64,000 nucleotides of DNA, from contig OZ024740.1 of assembly GCA_964016885.1 (NCBI GenBank), positions 193,006,001 through 193,070,000 of the forward strand, in the 5' to 3' direction. Both the position numbers and the translations under genes were made by a program. This document shows, one piece after another, positions 24,701 to 39,800 of this stretch (position 1 is the stretch's first letter; each line of letters begins with the position of its first letter). Origin of the DNA: Eledone cirrhosa. Lineage: Eukaryota. The notes beneath the pieces were generated by a model. That model had not been told where the DNA came from, did no database searches, and worked only from the letters and a program-made list of their open reading frames with translations.

Positions 24701-27700
24701 CTTAGAACAAAATATTATTTATAAGGATATCTTAATTACAGATAAAAACTGTCCGACGGATTTCATGAATTCCGTCCCATTGTTTTTATTTACAGGATAT
24801 GATAAAGGACACTTGCCTCCCAGTTGAATCAAAACTGATTGAGAAGCTAAATTCGTAACCATTCAGTGATACATGTGTCATAAATATACATATAAAAAGT
24901 GTATGCAATAAGGAAGGAGATAAAGCACCAGTTGTTATTGGTACTGTATTGTACGAGTCATGTGTTTATTTTAACAACTAATAGAATTATTTAGAAAAGA
25001 AAATTGTCGACAGAGAAAACAGGTACATGGGTGATATATTGGAGCAGAACATATAATGATTATATAAAGGGTTTTCCAAACTACAATAACAATATAATGA
25101 AATGGGATGAACAACCGATAGGCGTTTATTTATACTTGTGGGTGAGGAAATTCCTAGAGTAAAAATTAAATGTCTGCACTGTGTTTGCAGCTGGGGGACA
25201 AGCTGTATTTAATGTGATTACTAACTGAAAGATTGTTAAAATGGTTGAAGGCTAAATTGAAACGTTTACCAACGGGTTTGGGAACTGCTTGTGTTACATT
25301 ACAAGATTCAATGAGATGATAAAAGACGAAAGTCGGTTTGTAATTGAATGTTTTTTAGTATGGTTTATAGGCATTTCAGTTGTTATTATTGTTATTGATT
25401 AGAGGGCAGTTAATCTGCCTAACATCGGACAACATGCTAGCTTTAAAGCATACAATGATGTCGCTTTGCGGGTCTTCGTGTTCTGAGTCCACATTCTGCC
25501 GTTGTTAGCTTTGGCTTTCATCCTTATGGGTTCGATAATATAAATTACCTGCAACGCACCTGGGCCAATTTAATCGACTCCACCTCCCACAAAATTTTTG
25601 GTTTTGTGTCTAAGTCAGGAATGAGTATTATGTTGATTAATCCGAGGTAAACTATTCTAAAAAAAAATATTTAGTTTTCCAAACACATTGACATGTAGGC
25701 ATATTTTCAAATACGTCCTTATTTTAATATTAAGTTGATAATTCTAAGGGCGGCGGATTGATAGTATAGATTGATGGCATAGAGTTAGTCCTTTACAATC
25801 TGAGTAGAAATCTTGTTAAACTTAGCTTTGTCTTTCATCCTTACGAGGTCGATAACATAAAGTACCAGTAATGCACTGAGATAGGTTTGCTCATCCCCGA
25901 AAATTCTTGATTTTTGTCTAAATCAGAAACCAAGATTAAATTCATATTTTAGTGAGATTCTGATACACCTTTTACAGGGGTTATTTCAAATACATAGAAA
26001 CTCTCAATTGGGGTCATAAGTTAAATGGTGCTAATGGTGATGTAGTGCAAATGGTCAACAACCTGAAATCTATATTTGGGACCGATTATGAGAGTACAGG
26101 TGAATATGAAGGGAACATTTTATCGTCCATACCCAAAGCATGGAGAATGACGGTACATATTTTGCACGGGATGAAGAGAGCTTATTCTCAAGACGCCGGG
26201 CAGGATTCCTTTCTTTTGAAAGTGATTAACAATTATTTTGAAATATAGGAGCTGTTTGAAGGCCAGAAACGGAATGTTAGGAATGATAGGCCGTTAAAGC
26301 TGCATACGTTGCGGGTGACAGAGAGAAAGAAGTTGCTTTCCATGAACTTTTCTCTATGTTCATATCTGTTATATGTTTGCATTATATAATTATGTAATCA
26401 TGTAGGTTCAAATCTAACGTGACCGCGCAGAACAATGTTCCGTAGCTTTTCAGATATGACCACTCTCTATTTTATAAACGACTTAATGCTCCGTTCTCTG
26501 ATAATTTAATATTAAAGGCGGTAATGTATGATTTTAGAGAGAATTTGCTTTGCTGTTATTTTGACTAGGTCACACTGTTTCTTAGTTCTTCATATTGTTA
26601 ATTCGTATGTATTGAAATGGTTAGGTCAAATCTACATAATATCTGTATTCTTTCACAGTAGCTAGTTCCACATCACATTGTCTTATTTGAAAATTCGTGG
26701 GGTGATGGTATTGTAATCTACACCTTCGAATGTTTTTAATAAAGTAAGTACCACCACTACGTCGAAGTCTGCTGAATTAACTTTATTCCACCTGATAAAA
26801 TATTCTCGAAGGTATTTAACACTACTGTAACATAAGTTCTATTTTTGTCTACAGAGTTTGCTTTCATGTAATTTCATTTGTTTACTATCAGTGACTTTTC
26901 TTGTTGAAGTTTATTGCTTTTGATATAGTTTTATTAGATTTTGTGAGATATTATGGAGTTAAATTTAATATTACCATTTTGGTGATTGTGTTGTGTTTTC
27001 TTTCAATTTTCTTTTTTTTTTATTGGCTTTCATAAACAGTTTTTTTTTTCAAATGACTGATGAAAGATTAGCTGCTTTGCTCCGAAGGTGGTTTCTTTTT
27101 TTTTTGTCTTCTTAAAATATAATAAAATGTACTGTACTGATGCTAATTGTTTAGATGTGTAACGAAGTGAGATATAATACAGTATAGTCCCATTAAAAAT
27201 AAATTAGTTGTATATTAGTTTGAACTTCAAAACCAAACCGCAGTTTGTTTTATATATATAATAGTATTCCTATATTAACAGTATGACATTTTTTTTACAA
27301 TTTCGTAGAAGGTGAATTGATATGTCTAGGTTGCATGGAAGTAAAATTATTGTCAGACTAAATTTGATAATCTCGTACTGCTTTCGTTCTTTGGTAGTTT
27401 TTTGTTGTGTCTCGAGTCAATTTTAAAGAAAATAGACCTATGATCAATTGTCTTCAAGCGATAAGCCTGTTATTGTTTTCCTTTTCTTGTATTAATGACT
27501 ACGTTGATTTATCCTGGGGAGGAACAAGACGATTATATCGACCCAAGTCGATAAATATTTTATCACCCCAGGAAGAAGAAACGGAAACTGGACCCTAGTG
27601 ATCCTTGAATTCAGCCTGTTATGTAGCGTAACTAAATGTTATATATCATTTTCTCTCACGTTCTAGCTATTCTTCCAAATCCTCTACTTTATATTAGAAC

Positions 27701-29049
27701 TTCCATGGCCCAAGGAAACAATTTTGCAAAGTCATTAGAGTGCTGGATAATATGATTGTGGCTTTTGTTTCAGCTCACTGATTACTCAATTCAAATGCCA
27801 CAGATAACAGCTTTGCTTTTAGTCTTTTGGTACAGATAAATAAGTACTGTGGATTGATCACTTACTTGCTCTCTCTTTCTTTCTCTCTCTTGCTCGTACA
27901 TTCTTTCATTCTGTTTCGGCCCGAAAACTATACGGATGCGTGTATTTGTGGATTTCGTGATCATTTAGACATTTATTTTGAAAGTAAGAATATACTAAGT
28001 CAAACACTTGACCGCTTCTTATCGAGTCCGACACAGAATCCACACACATTTTCCAATGTATTCTTCCTTTCTTGAAAGTATTATTTGAGGAAGAATATTG
28101 CTATGTTTCACTGGTCAAGCAACCAATCAAAAACATGATTCTTTTAATCAATGGTCAATATGCCTATTAAACGAATGAAAATGTTTTAGTAAATGTCAAT
28201 AAATATATTTTTGTGGTACATGATCAACATCATGAATTAAGGTTTGAATATTTTGATAAACGTTTTATCTGAGAGTACTTCAAGTTATTTATCATACGGC
28301 TATGCAATTTAAGGGCAATAAAGCTAGTTGTAAATATCCCCCTTAATGTAAATTTAATCCATAATAATTAATTACATTTTAAATATTTTATAACTGTAAT
28401 ATAATAAAAAGTAATTTGCTAAAATTGGAGGGAGGCTAATTTTCATCAACTTGACCTAAACATTAATCATTTTATTTGCAAATAAATTTGAGCAAAGTTG
28501 ACTGAACTGTAAATAGCAGAATAAGCGGCAAGAAAAAGGCTTTAAAGTATTCAGTTTCATCCTAATGTCTTAAAAGATTTACATTAAATTGGATAATCAA
28601 AAGTACACAACACCCAATGAAAGATGCGTTTATATCACGTATAACAGTATATCAAAGAAGTGAGGTCCATGTCGCAGGTCGGGAGTGTACAAATATGACA
28701 GTCGTACGAATTCAGCGCATAAAATAATATGCTTAAACCCCGGTGTTTCCTTTCCCAGATATGGAAAGAGTTTTTCAGTATTAACTCTAAATAATAATGG
28801 GTTGCACAATTCACATGTAAATCGCTGAATCATTGTTTCTACACTTTGCGCAAAGCCAGCAATTTGAAGGGAACACGAACGTAGATTAGCTTGATCCCAG
28901 TGTTTTATTGGGGCTTTATTATATCAACCTCGTAATGATGAATTCCACAAAGATTCAGACATACTGTCATTATCATAATTATCAGGAATGGAATATAGCA
29001 TATGCATATGGATTTGATATATAGACATTCTCTAAAATGGCAATATGAA

Positions 29050-29110
<61 letters not shown>

Positions 29111-29189
29111 TGTGTGTGTGTGAGTGTGTGTGTGTGAGTGTATGTGTGTGTGTGTATGTGTATGCATGCAGAACTGATTTAGAGATTTT

Positions 29190-30330
29190 ATTTCTATAAC
29201 TAGCAGGAAAGGGCTTATAACCAATAAATACTAAATGATACAGTGTTGTTTCCGACAGTAAACATGACATTCTGACCTCAGCAAAATATATACCTAGAAC
29301 AGAACAGTTGAACATAATATTTGTTGATTTTACAAAAGCATTTGATAGGATAGATAGATATGGCTAATTGTAACTTTTGTAGAAATACAATTGCCCAGAA
29401 ATATTCTCATCAATGAGGGACACTCTGCAGACTGCAATAATGACAAGAGTAAGAAATACCTACACAGCGTCAAACGAGGATGTATACAGTCATATATGCT
29501 GTTCTGCATATTTTAGTGGTGAAGCTAGGAAAGTTACTCCCTAAATTTACCTGCGCTGTTTATGTAGAATCCCACCAAACTGCCAGCCTTATGAACATCT
29601 CCAAATGTATGTCAAATTCAACCCAGATCCTCGTAAGTCGAGCCTGCTTGGATATACTATAGATGTTGTAAACACATTTTCCATTGCATACCTTCCTTTA
29701 AGTTTTAGAATTAAACAAAATATGGAAGTGCTATTCAATAACGTGACAAAGCCCGAACATGACAATGCTAATCTGAATATTGTAAAGAGCTATGTACCCC
29801 GTAGTAAAATATTGAAAAATATACATATTGTACTGAGCAACAAAATACTCCTTGGTAGCAAATCAAGCACAGGATACCAGCGATAGTGTCGATGGCTATA
29901 AAGATATCAAGCAGGTTCCAGAAAAACCAATAACTAAATCTGCAAACTAGTAATCGTATCCATTATTTTATATGGTCTAGATATAATAATGTAGATATTC
30001 TACAGAAATCAAATGAAGATAGTTCATGCTTTCAGAATGAAACAAAGCGAAGATGCTCCCAATCAAAATGTAGTCTGGAGTGACAAATGTCACAACAGCG
30101 AAGTAATTGGGCAAGCAAAATTATCATGTATGGAAAGTCTGCTCATTAGGAAAATTATACATTGGAACGTGTATGTTATACTATAAATGAACATCTGAAA
30201 AGTCAGGATATAAACGGTGTCATAGAAATCCACAGCTCATCAAATGGAAGCCTGGCGAGAGTCAATTATATAACCATGAAATCAATCATGCAGCATGGTG
30301 ATCGACAAATACATGGCATATTAAAAAAAT
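29190..30330 (+). pseudogene. Highly decayed RTE-like LINE remnant
   Basis: IFVDFTKAFDRIDR at about 29316-29357 and scattered RTE-like C-terminal remnants. Many stops. Confidence 0.55.
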
Positions 30331-30640
30331 CTAGACACATTAAAATAAATATACTCATTTTACCGTAACACATGCTCAGAAAAGTATGTTGCAGTTGATA
30401 GTCGTCTGACATCGTCAAATGTATCAAAAGAAAGGGAACGATATTTTATGGTAAATTTGTTAGCTTTTATTCGAAGCAACAGGACATCCTGATTGACAGA
30501 AGTTAATGACGTGGGAGAGCTTATGAATGTTATATGGGAAATAAATGCACATATCTGATTGAGTACTCCTACACAGAAACAGACACACACACAGAAACAC
30601 ACAAACATTCACATGAAGATATATATACATTTATATATAT

Positions 30641-30700
<60 letters not shown>

Positions 30701-30735
30701 TATTAAATATATATATATATATATATTATATATAC

Positions 30736-30853
<118 letters not shown>

Positions 30854-30920
30854 TAGTAAGAGTTTATTTTGAGTTTCTAAATCAATATATACCTTTGATA
30901 TATGTATACATGTATACACA

Positions 30921-30972
<52 letters not shown>

Positions 30973-30974
30973 CA

Positions 30975-31021
<47 letters not shown>

Positions 31022-31125
31022 CATATTATACGGCTCGGAAAAAATGTCTTACCTAGAGCTATTTAATTGTAAGAGACTATTTTGAGTTTCTAACTCAATA
31101 TAAACCTTTGATATATGTACACACA

Positions 31126-31176
<51 letters not shown>

Positions 31177-31212
31177 GCGCGCGCAAACATATATATATAT
31201 ACACACACACAC

Positions 31213-31248
<36 letters not shown>

Positions 31249-31251
<3 letters not shown>

Positions 31252-33520
31252 GCAGAGAGGCCTACAACACCCTGGCCCTCCGACACCTTGACGATGACAA
31301 CCTCTACTCCAAGGTCACGGGAATCACTCCCGCGCAGATAGAAGAACACATCAACTCTGCCTGGGCCAACATCTGCGACCGGCGGAAGCTCCCGAAGAAG
31401 CTGAGATACAACCTCCTGACGAGGAACAGCAGACTACCCGCCTTCTACCACCTCGTGAAAACACACAAACAGGGACCCGACCTGAAAATCAGGCCCATCG
31501 TATCGAGCGTGGTGGGTCCACTTTACAATATTTCATGGCTCCTAGCCAGAATACTCAAACCCATCTTAGACACCTTGCCGGGACACGTTAACAGCTCCGA
31601 GGAGGTGCTGAGCGCCTGCATCAAATGGATCCCGACACCAGAAGGAATAACAGATAAGCCTTCAGCCTTGATGTAGTCGCTCTCTACACCTCGGTCCCGG
31701 CACTCCCGGCCGTCAATATACTAATGGAACGCGTCCAATCCACCGACCTACACTGCTTCGGGCTCACCACCACTGACATCCACCAACTCCTATCCATCGT
31801 CGTCGACAACACCTACTTCGGATTCCTTGACCAAATATACCAACAAACCTCGGGATTGCCCATGGGATCAAGCCTATCAGGTGTGCTAGCGATCTCTTAC
31901 ATGGACAACCTCGAACGCAAGGCACTCAACGCCTGCCACCCCAACGCCGTAGCATTTTTCTCAAGGTACGTGGACGATATCCTCATCCTCAGATCTTCCC
32001 AAGACACGGCGAACAGAATCTATGAGACGTTCAACAACACGGACGAGAACATTGACTTCAGTGTTGAACACCCCAACGAAGACGGGTCACTTGCCCTCCT
32101 CAACTTCCGAGTCAACATCACGGAACGGGGAAGGATCCACTGCAACTTCTTTCGAAAGGCAGCCTGCAGGTACCTATTCGTTCACTACAAGTCCGCCCTC
32201 CCTAACAGTGCCAAAAGAGGATACATCACGAACGAGATCGCGCGAATCAAAAACAGATGCAGCGATCCCGCGAGTGGTGTCACTCATACCAAGCGATTCC
32301 TCGAGGTGCTGGAGACGAACGGGTACCCTACCTCGATCACAGACAGAATAGGAGACACCAGACGCAAGAGACAGAGAAGCACCCAAGGCAAGTGCTTCCT
32401 TAAAATGCCACACCTGGGCGAGAAAACCACCAACGCTATCCGCAAGGCTATACGGAGGGAGGGCCTCGACATCCACCTGGCCCACTCGGGCCCCTCCCTG
32501 CGAAGAGGCCTCTCCAGGAAACCCGAAAAATCTACTGACGCATGCTCCCTCAGAGACTGCTCGATACGCCATGTGAACTGTTGCCTACGCACATACGTCG
32601 TGTATAAGATAGAATGTGACAGGTGCAACCAATACTACATAGGTAGCACAATTCGACCTTTGCACATCCGGATCAAGGAACACATTAAAACCAGGGCCCG
32701 TCTTTCCGGAAAAACATAGACAAATGCGGAAACAAAGACGGAAGGCCCATGGTCACAATTCTAGCGACTGAAAGAAACGTCGGCACGTTACGTATCAAGG
32801 AAGCGCTTTTTATCAACGATTGCAACCGCAAATAAACAACCGATAAGAGAGAAGCGAAATGAGATGGCTGGTTTAAGTTAACAAGCGATGCAACAACACA
32901 TAACACACGCACACACACACACATGCGAACGAGACAACTACACACACACGCACGCACACACAGTAGCATTCCACCATACGAACATACTACACTGCCAATA
33001 CAGAGGAACAAGGCAACAACAGACGCACACACACACTCAAGCGAGACAAAAACACACGCACACACACAGTAACATTTAACAAACAGGCAGAGAATGGACT
33101 GACAGCTAGCGCCTTCCCACTCCCTCATTCGGCCACTGACCTCTGTACGACCGACCCCATTTCACGCGCAAGCGCGCCCTGCCGAATACCTCAGATATTC
33201 AAAACAACAAACAGCGAAGGATGCGTTCCGGACTTGTCCGACAGACAACCTTTTCCCCCACCCCGGAAAAAAACCCAGTTGATGGATGTTCAATCCGAAA
33301 TATATAGGGACTATTAAATCTCTCCCAAGGTAACTCTCTCTTGTGTTGTTATTTTAATTTTATCCTTTATACTCTTCCCTTCATTCTACACATCTCACAC
33401 ATCTTATACACACCACGCATCTCAACGTACACCCACTTACATCTCTCTCTCCACCACCGGACCTTGTTACCCGGAGATTTACCCATTTGCATCGTCGAGG
33501 CTTCCAAACGACTTAAAGAT
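31249..33520 (+). mobile_element. Penelope-like element, 5'-truncated: RT + C-terminal GIY-YIG, 3' UTR and degenerate hammerhead
   Basis: FYHLVKTHK..IRPIVS, FSLDVVALYTSVP, YQQTSGLPMGSSLS, RYVDDIL, HYKSALP, YVVYKIECDRCNQYYIGSTIRPLHIRIKEH. HHR-like ccc.gttgat ggat gttca atcc GAAA tata TA ggg at about 33274-33310. GC-richer than its flanks and inserted in (TA)n. Confidence 0.93.
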
Positions 33521-33523
33521 ATT

Positions 33524-33569
<46 letters not shown>

Positions 33570-33653
33570 AAAGGTAAACAGAAATAACAACACAATCGTT
33601 ACAGTATATGGAAGCTATATATTAGGTTAACGCTTGATGTAGCAGGAACAGGG

Positions 33654-33690
33654 TTTTAAGGTTTCGGACACAAGTCCTTCATCAGAAGAA
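33654..33690 (-). ncRNA. Minimal hammerhead-like motif in a separate short terminal repeat (about 33570-33780)
   Basis: Minus strand: ttctt CTGATGA a ggac ttgt gtcc GAAA cc TTA aaa. Core and stem II are intact, stems I and III are weak. Confidence 0.55.
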
Positions 33691-33777
33691 AGAATGAGAA
33701 ATAAAATAGATTGAGGGGACGGGTGGGTTTGATTTTGAAAAAATGTCTTTACATAAAAATAACAGGTCCATTCATGT

Positions 33778-33878
<101 letters not shown>

Positions 33879-35258
33879 CATGAAATTATATTTATAGACC
33901 TTCACTCTCTAATAAACAAAGCAGATATACATGTATTTCTATATACATATCACACGTATATACATGCACAGACACACTGAAAAATCTGCACAATGGTATA
34001 TGAACACACACACACAAACAGACACATCTGCACACATATTTACAAACATTATAACAATATATAATATATATATATTTGCAAACAGATACACGGTAGCATG
34101 TAACATTTCTTCGGTTCAACTCTGTATTTAAATATATATTACACGCATGTTAACACACCTGGCTTGTACAAATGCACAAGCATATGACTATATCTCCATA
34201 TCCTTAAAAACGCACATATACACGCACATGCCTTACTACATAATTAAGAATTAATTATGAGACCAGCTGCGAAATACAGCGTAAGAGAGGGGCTGGTGCT
34301 GCAAAGTGTCAGCAATGATCAATAATTTGCAATTAGCATTACTTCACTTTTATAGTTATTATTTAGGTCTTTAGCTATTTAACTATTCATTTTTGTTTGT
34401 TTATAGTTATCATTGATGTTTTTCATTTGTTGTCAATACAAGGATCGATATGCTATAAGATTGTGTATTGATTTCTTTCCTATTCGTAATGCTTCGGAAA
34501 TTTTAGCATGATGAAAAATTAGAATGTCTGACGAATTGAAACTGGGACACAGCTTTAGGCGATTATTTACCTTCATCCTATTTGCACTTACATCATAATT
34601 CCACGTGTTCAATACATACTAAACAACACTTTCGAATCGAATGTGCGACTTATTTCTATTATATTGCCCAATAAAATAAACATAATAGATATAATAAATA
34701 TCAATAAATACGTTTCGAATAAGAGTATCTGTTATGCAAGGTAAAAATCAGATATGTTACTAGATATGATAATCGTTTATTGCGCGTTAAGTTCTATAAT
34801 TATCTTTCTTTTCTACTGCTGATAAAAGTAGTTGAAAATACTTAATATGAATTATATTTATCATAAAATTAAATACCATGTTGCTTTATGATTAGTCACT
34901 ATTATTCGTAAACAAATAAAAAACCTGTTTCCATGTAAATACAACCGTTTGTAACATGTGTATTAAAATATGCTGATGGGGAGCGATACTTGTTTGTTGT
35001 TGCAAACAATCAACCATAATTTCTTCTATTTAGCTACTAGTATATACAGTGGAGTGGTTATAGTTCACTGCTATAGAAAACAGCAGAATTGACGATTTAT
35101 TTCTTGCACAACAAATTCATAAATCCACAGCGGAAAAAGACTGTTGTTAGCAACAGAATAGTCTCCTCTCCGATTAAGTGGATATATTGTCCACTGTCGT
35201 CTAGGGTTCATTGAAATTAGATATAATAAAGAAATCAAAGAAATAAATTCTATAAATC

Positions 35259-35290
<32 letters not shown>

Positions 35291-35789
35291 CTCAACAAAA
35301 GGACATATTTTCTCAATCTTTGCCTCTACTCTAACAAATTAATCCCTCTACAGGGGAAAATCCGACGAAATCATTCATCGCTGCAGATTGCACCGTCGGT
35401 ACATGCAACATCCATTATCCTATACTAAACAATTGTCTTCGCCAACTTCCCATGCAGACACTCAATACCTCATAATTTGGCCAAATCTCACTAACTACCC
35501 TCACCTCACAAACTGGTGAAACTTCACAAATCGTTCACACGCCACAAGCTAGTCAATCTTCATGATCATAAACTGACTACTTCCTGCTAATTCATATATC
35601 CTGTACTTTCTTGTAACCCAGTTTCTCTTCACACTACATTATACAACATCCCACGCATTTGTAAACTGGTTACAACCTACTAAATTTAATGTTACTATTT
35701 CATTCTCCACATTGTACCGAATATTACGTACATAGTTACTCTGCTAATTTTATCTTCCTCGTATATGTCCCTGCATTCATACCAACATT

Positions 35790-35859
35790 CATACATGCAT
35801 ACATACATACATACATACATACATACATACATACATACATACATACATACATACATACA

Positions 35860-35890
<31 letters not shown>
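35790..35890. repeat. (CATA)n microsatellite
   Basis: Seen directly. Confidence 0.95.
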
Positions 35891-35892
<2 letters not shown>

Positions 35893-36100
35893 CCTCATTT
35901 GCATATGCAGCTGTATAAGTGGGCTCAACTTAAACGTAGAATCGAGCTTTAGCTTCGGCATAGCTGTATACATGTATGTGAATTTAGTAATCTAAAGATA
36001 TACGGTATGTTTAATAAATGAACATTTTCAAAGCACAGCTATGAATATTGAAAGTCTGACCCCGTCTAACGGATCCGAGCAGTACAATTTATGGACAACG

Positions 36101-36162
<62 letters not shown>

Positions 36163-36767
36163 TGTCAGGTCACCAGTTGGTGCTACTGGTAACATGTATC
36201 CCAGGAAAACCCGTCTCATGGTCGGGTCATTGGCGAATAAACTGGCAGCCCCACTAAGGTTTCTTGGTGAGGAGGGTGATTTTGGACATCCTGCAGGACT
36301 AAAACCAAAACCTGTCAAAGGGCAAAGGAGCTCTTAAGAGTCAATAGCCACTCCAAATCACTGGGAGAAATGACCCATTAGCCTTTGTCAAGGCTGAATT
36401 CTAGGAGAAGGAAAACTCTGACCTAACACCGGCAACCCTGATGGTATCCAATGATGTTGACTTGTTCTTCTTTTTGGTAAATATCATCTTGGTTAAGAGA
36501 GTGGGACAGGCTTTGTGCAGCGCCTTTGGTCACTGTAAAAGCTTCACGGCACAGGCATTGCTTTATATCTGGAGATCTCTCTGCACTTGTCGTCACATAG
36601 TACCATGGGCCCAGCACTATGTGTCAATAATTGTCACAAGTGTAGTGTTTGTACCAGAGTTTTCAAGTCGCTGTCTGGACTAAAATTTCACACTCGTTCA
36701 GAGCATCGGTAGGAGTTCTCCTACATGGATATAAAGTAGTGGCCGTACTCGAAAACGAGTTGGCAGC

Positions 36768-36845
<78 letters not shown>

Positions 36846-36854
36846 ATAATAACA

Positions 36855-39800
36855 TATTTGAAGACTAAAATCCAAAGAGGGCCCGATAAGGATAAATATA
36901 TATCAAATATATTAGAACCGTAGAGAAAATATTTATTAAAATAACAGATTAAAGTTTAAGCAAAGAATCGTTGCTTTCACCCTTAACGAGATCTTTTGAA
37001 ACTAACAAAGTCAATCTGTGAACCTAGAAGTGAATATTTCAAAAAACGTTGCAACCGGAGGAAGACAGGAAGACGAGGCTTTGGTTCGTGGAAACGTTCC
37101 CTGGCAAAGAACGGGAAAAAACGAATATAATTATTACACCATTATTTGGAGCGGTGAAAAACAATTACACTCAAAGACAAAATCATGTTTATGGTATAAA
37201 TGAAGTCGTAGACTAATATTCTATTAAGTGGTTCATAGAGACGTTTTCTGGCAATGAATGAGAGAAAACGAAGATAATACGACATATGTGGAACGTAGAG
37301 AACAATTGCACGCAAAGACAAAACCTCGTAAATGGTATGACTGAAGTCGTAGAATTCTAACTAGGAAACCGAATGATTCTCGGCTTCAGAGTTAAGAATA
37401 AAGTAAATAAAATACAGAGGTAATTGAAATTAAATAAATACAAACACGCATCCATATACGTACATATTCAAGCACACGCAAAAACACTCGCCATAGGTAT
37501 ACAAATACACGCACATATATATCTGTGTGTGTGTGGGTGTGTGTGCGTGTATACAAATAATTACATAAACGTATATAAATAAATAAATACGTATATAACA
37601 AGCGCACACACATACCTATATGTAAATACACAAAGTTCGGAGACGAACGTCAACCAAAACACGAAGTACACATATACACACACCCTACATACGTACGAAC
37701 CCGCATTCTCATGCAGACGCAAAACTCACGTATATACATAAGCAAAATCATATGTACCAGAATATATAAAACATATATGCTATAACATATACAATCAAAT
37801 ATACGTACGAGAAAGTATACGTACCTTCACAAAACATACAGGTAATATATACTTACCTATACAAATAAGTAATGGTATAAACATAACATATACTTAGCTA
37901 CTACAAGACGGAAAATATCCGCGTATATATCGTACTATCCGTTAGGGTATAATGTGGGGCTGTAATACAGGAAAGTTTTGTGCAATTTATGTTTACAAGC
38001 CGAAATTGCCTCAGGTTTTTTGTTCAAGATGTGGTCTTTGGCGTAGAGTATTTCCAGGACCTCAGCGGCGCAGAAGCCACAGGGTCGTTTATTTCCGCTA
38101 TACGATCTAGCCCTAGCTAGGATCTCCCAGTGTAACTTTAATTGAGTGGGGTAGTAATTATTGATGTCGAATTGGATAAAACGGCAATGTACCTTGTTGC
38201 AAGTGCCGTTGAACCATTTAATCACCGCGAAAGAATTATTGCACAGTGCAAGAGGGGCCTAACTTCTAATTTCATGTATAATTCTATCACGAATCCTTTT
38301 ACTAAGTCTACCTAAATCTGACTTCGTAGGGTTAATAAGCCGAATAGAGGGGTTGTTTTAAAAATTGGATTTGTGGTCCTTCCGGGTAAAGTTGGGAGAA
38401 ATAGGGTCCAGAGATTCGGTCCGTTCCAGGCTGTTGAGATCAGAGGTGATTTTAAACCCAGCATCGTTGATTTCATTAATGACGCACCGATTAGGTTTAC
38501 GGTAATCCTTAGTTACAGTATTATGTAGTAGTTGATGGTAAGTACTGCGCACCACTTGATATATATTGCCAGTTTTGTCGGAATTATATTTGATAGAATT
38601 ATACCTAAAATTATAAGTTTGGCCCCTCTTGCACTGTGGGACAATTCTTTCGCGGTGAGTGATTGGTTAAACGGCATATGCAACTAGGAACATTGCCGTT
38701 TTATCCAATTAGATATCAATAATTACAACTCCTCCATCACTTTACCACTTCTTCTTAAAGCTATCAATTTCGCTAAAAAACTCTCAGTGGTTAAGGATTT
38801 CGACGTTGATGTCATCCTCAATGCCCGTAAGTCGGTGATTAGTTTCGACGACTCTATTTGGATAAAAGAATGTAATAGTACCCCATTCGACGTGAGTATG
38901 GGCGCCAGCGATTCTGCGGAGGTTACTCATCTTATCGGCCGTTTCCTTCTTTTCTCTATCAAGAACGAATTCCCCAAAGTGGGCGGTGGTTTGTACCGTG
39001 ATGATGGTCTTTTGACCATGACTAAGTGCGGCCGACGTGCTTGCGACAGGTTCAGAAAAGAACTCATAGCCTTCTTTAAAGGCTTCAACCACTCTATACA
39101 GGTTGAAGCCAACCTCTCCGCCGTTAATTGCCTCGACGTTACCCTCAATTTATCGAATGGCTTGTAATTATCCGTATAGAAAGCCGAATGATACGCTTAA
39201 TTACATAAGTAAGCATTCTAACCGTCGTGCCAGCATAACCAAGAACCTGGTAAGAAACGTTTCTTTGAGGCTTTCCCGTCTATCTACTAACGAGCATGTT
39301 TCAACGAACATTCCACATATTAGAATGAAGCTCTTGCTCGAAGTAGATTTGTGGATAAGGTAGCATATACAGAGTACGAGAATAGACCTAGAAGAAATAG
39401 ATCCCGCGCATTATATGGTATAATCCACCATATAATATGGAGGTGTCCACACCATTATCTAAGATCTCTCTCTCCCTTATTACGAAGCATTTTCCCCCTA
39501 CACATAAATACAGTAACATTTTTAATAGAAATACTATTAACATGTCTTACTCTACGACTCCTAACCTTGCACATAACATCACAGCTTCAAATTTAACTAA
39601 ACTACCTAGCCGTAGGAATACGTGCAACCTTGTAGTTAGTACTAACTGTAATTGTAGGAATCGGGTTGACTGCCCCCTATCCGGGAAATGCCTCTCTAGT
39701 ATCATTGTCTACAAATGTAAGGTTGGGCCTACATAGGGTTAACCGCCAATAGATTCAAGCAGCATCTTTACATGCATACCCATTCTTTTCGTTACCCTTT

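Noticed and set aside
24795-24827. GYDKGHL resembling the DRGH motif of non-specific endonucleases
   Set aside because: That frame stops three codons later, and no other motif of the family is present.
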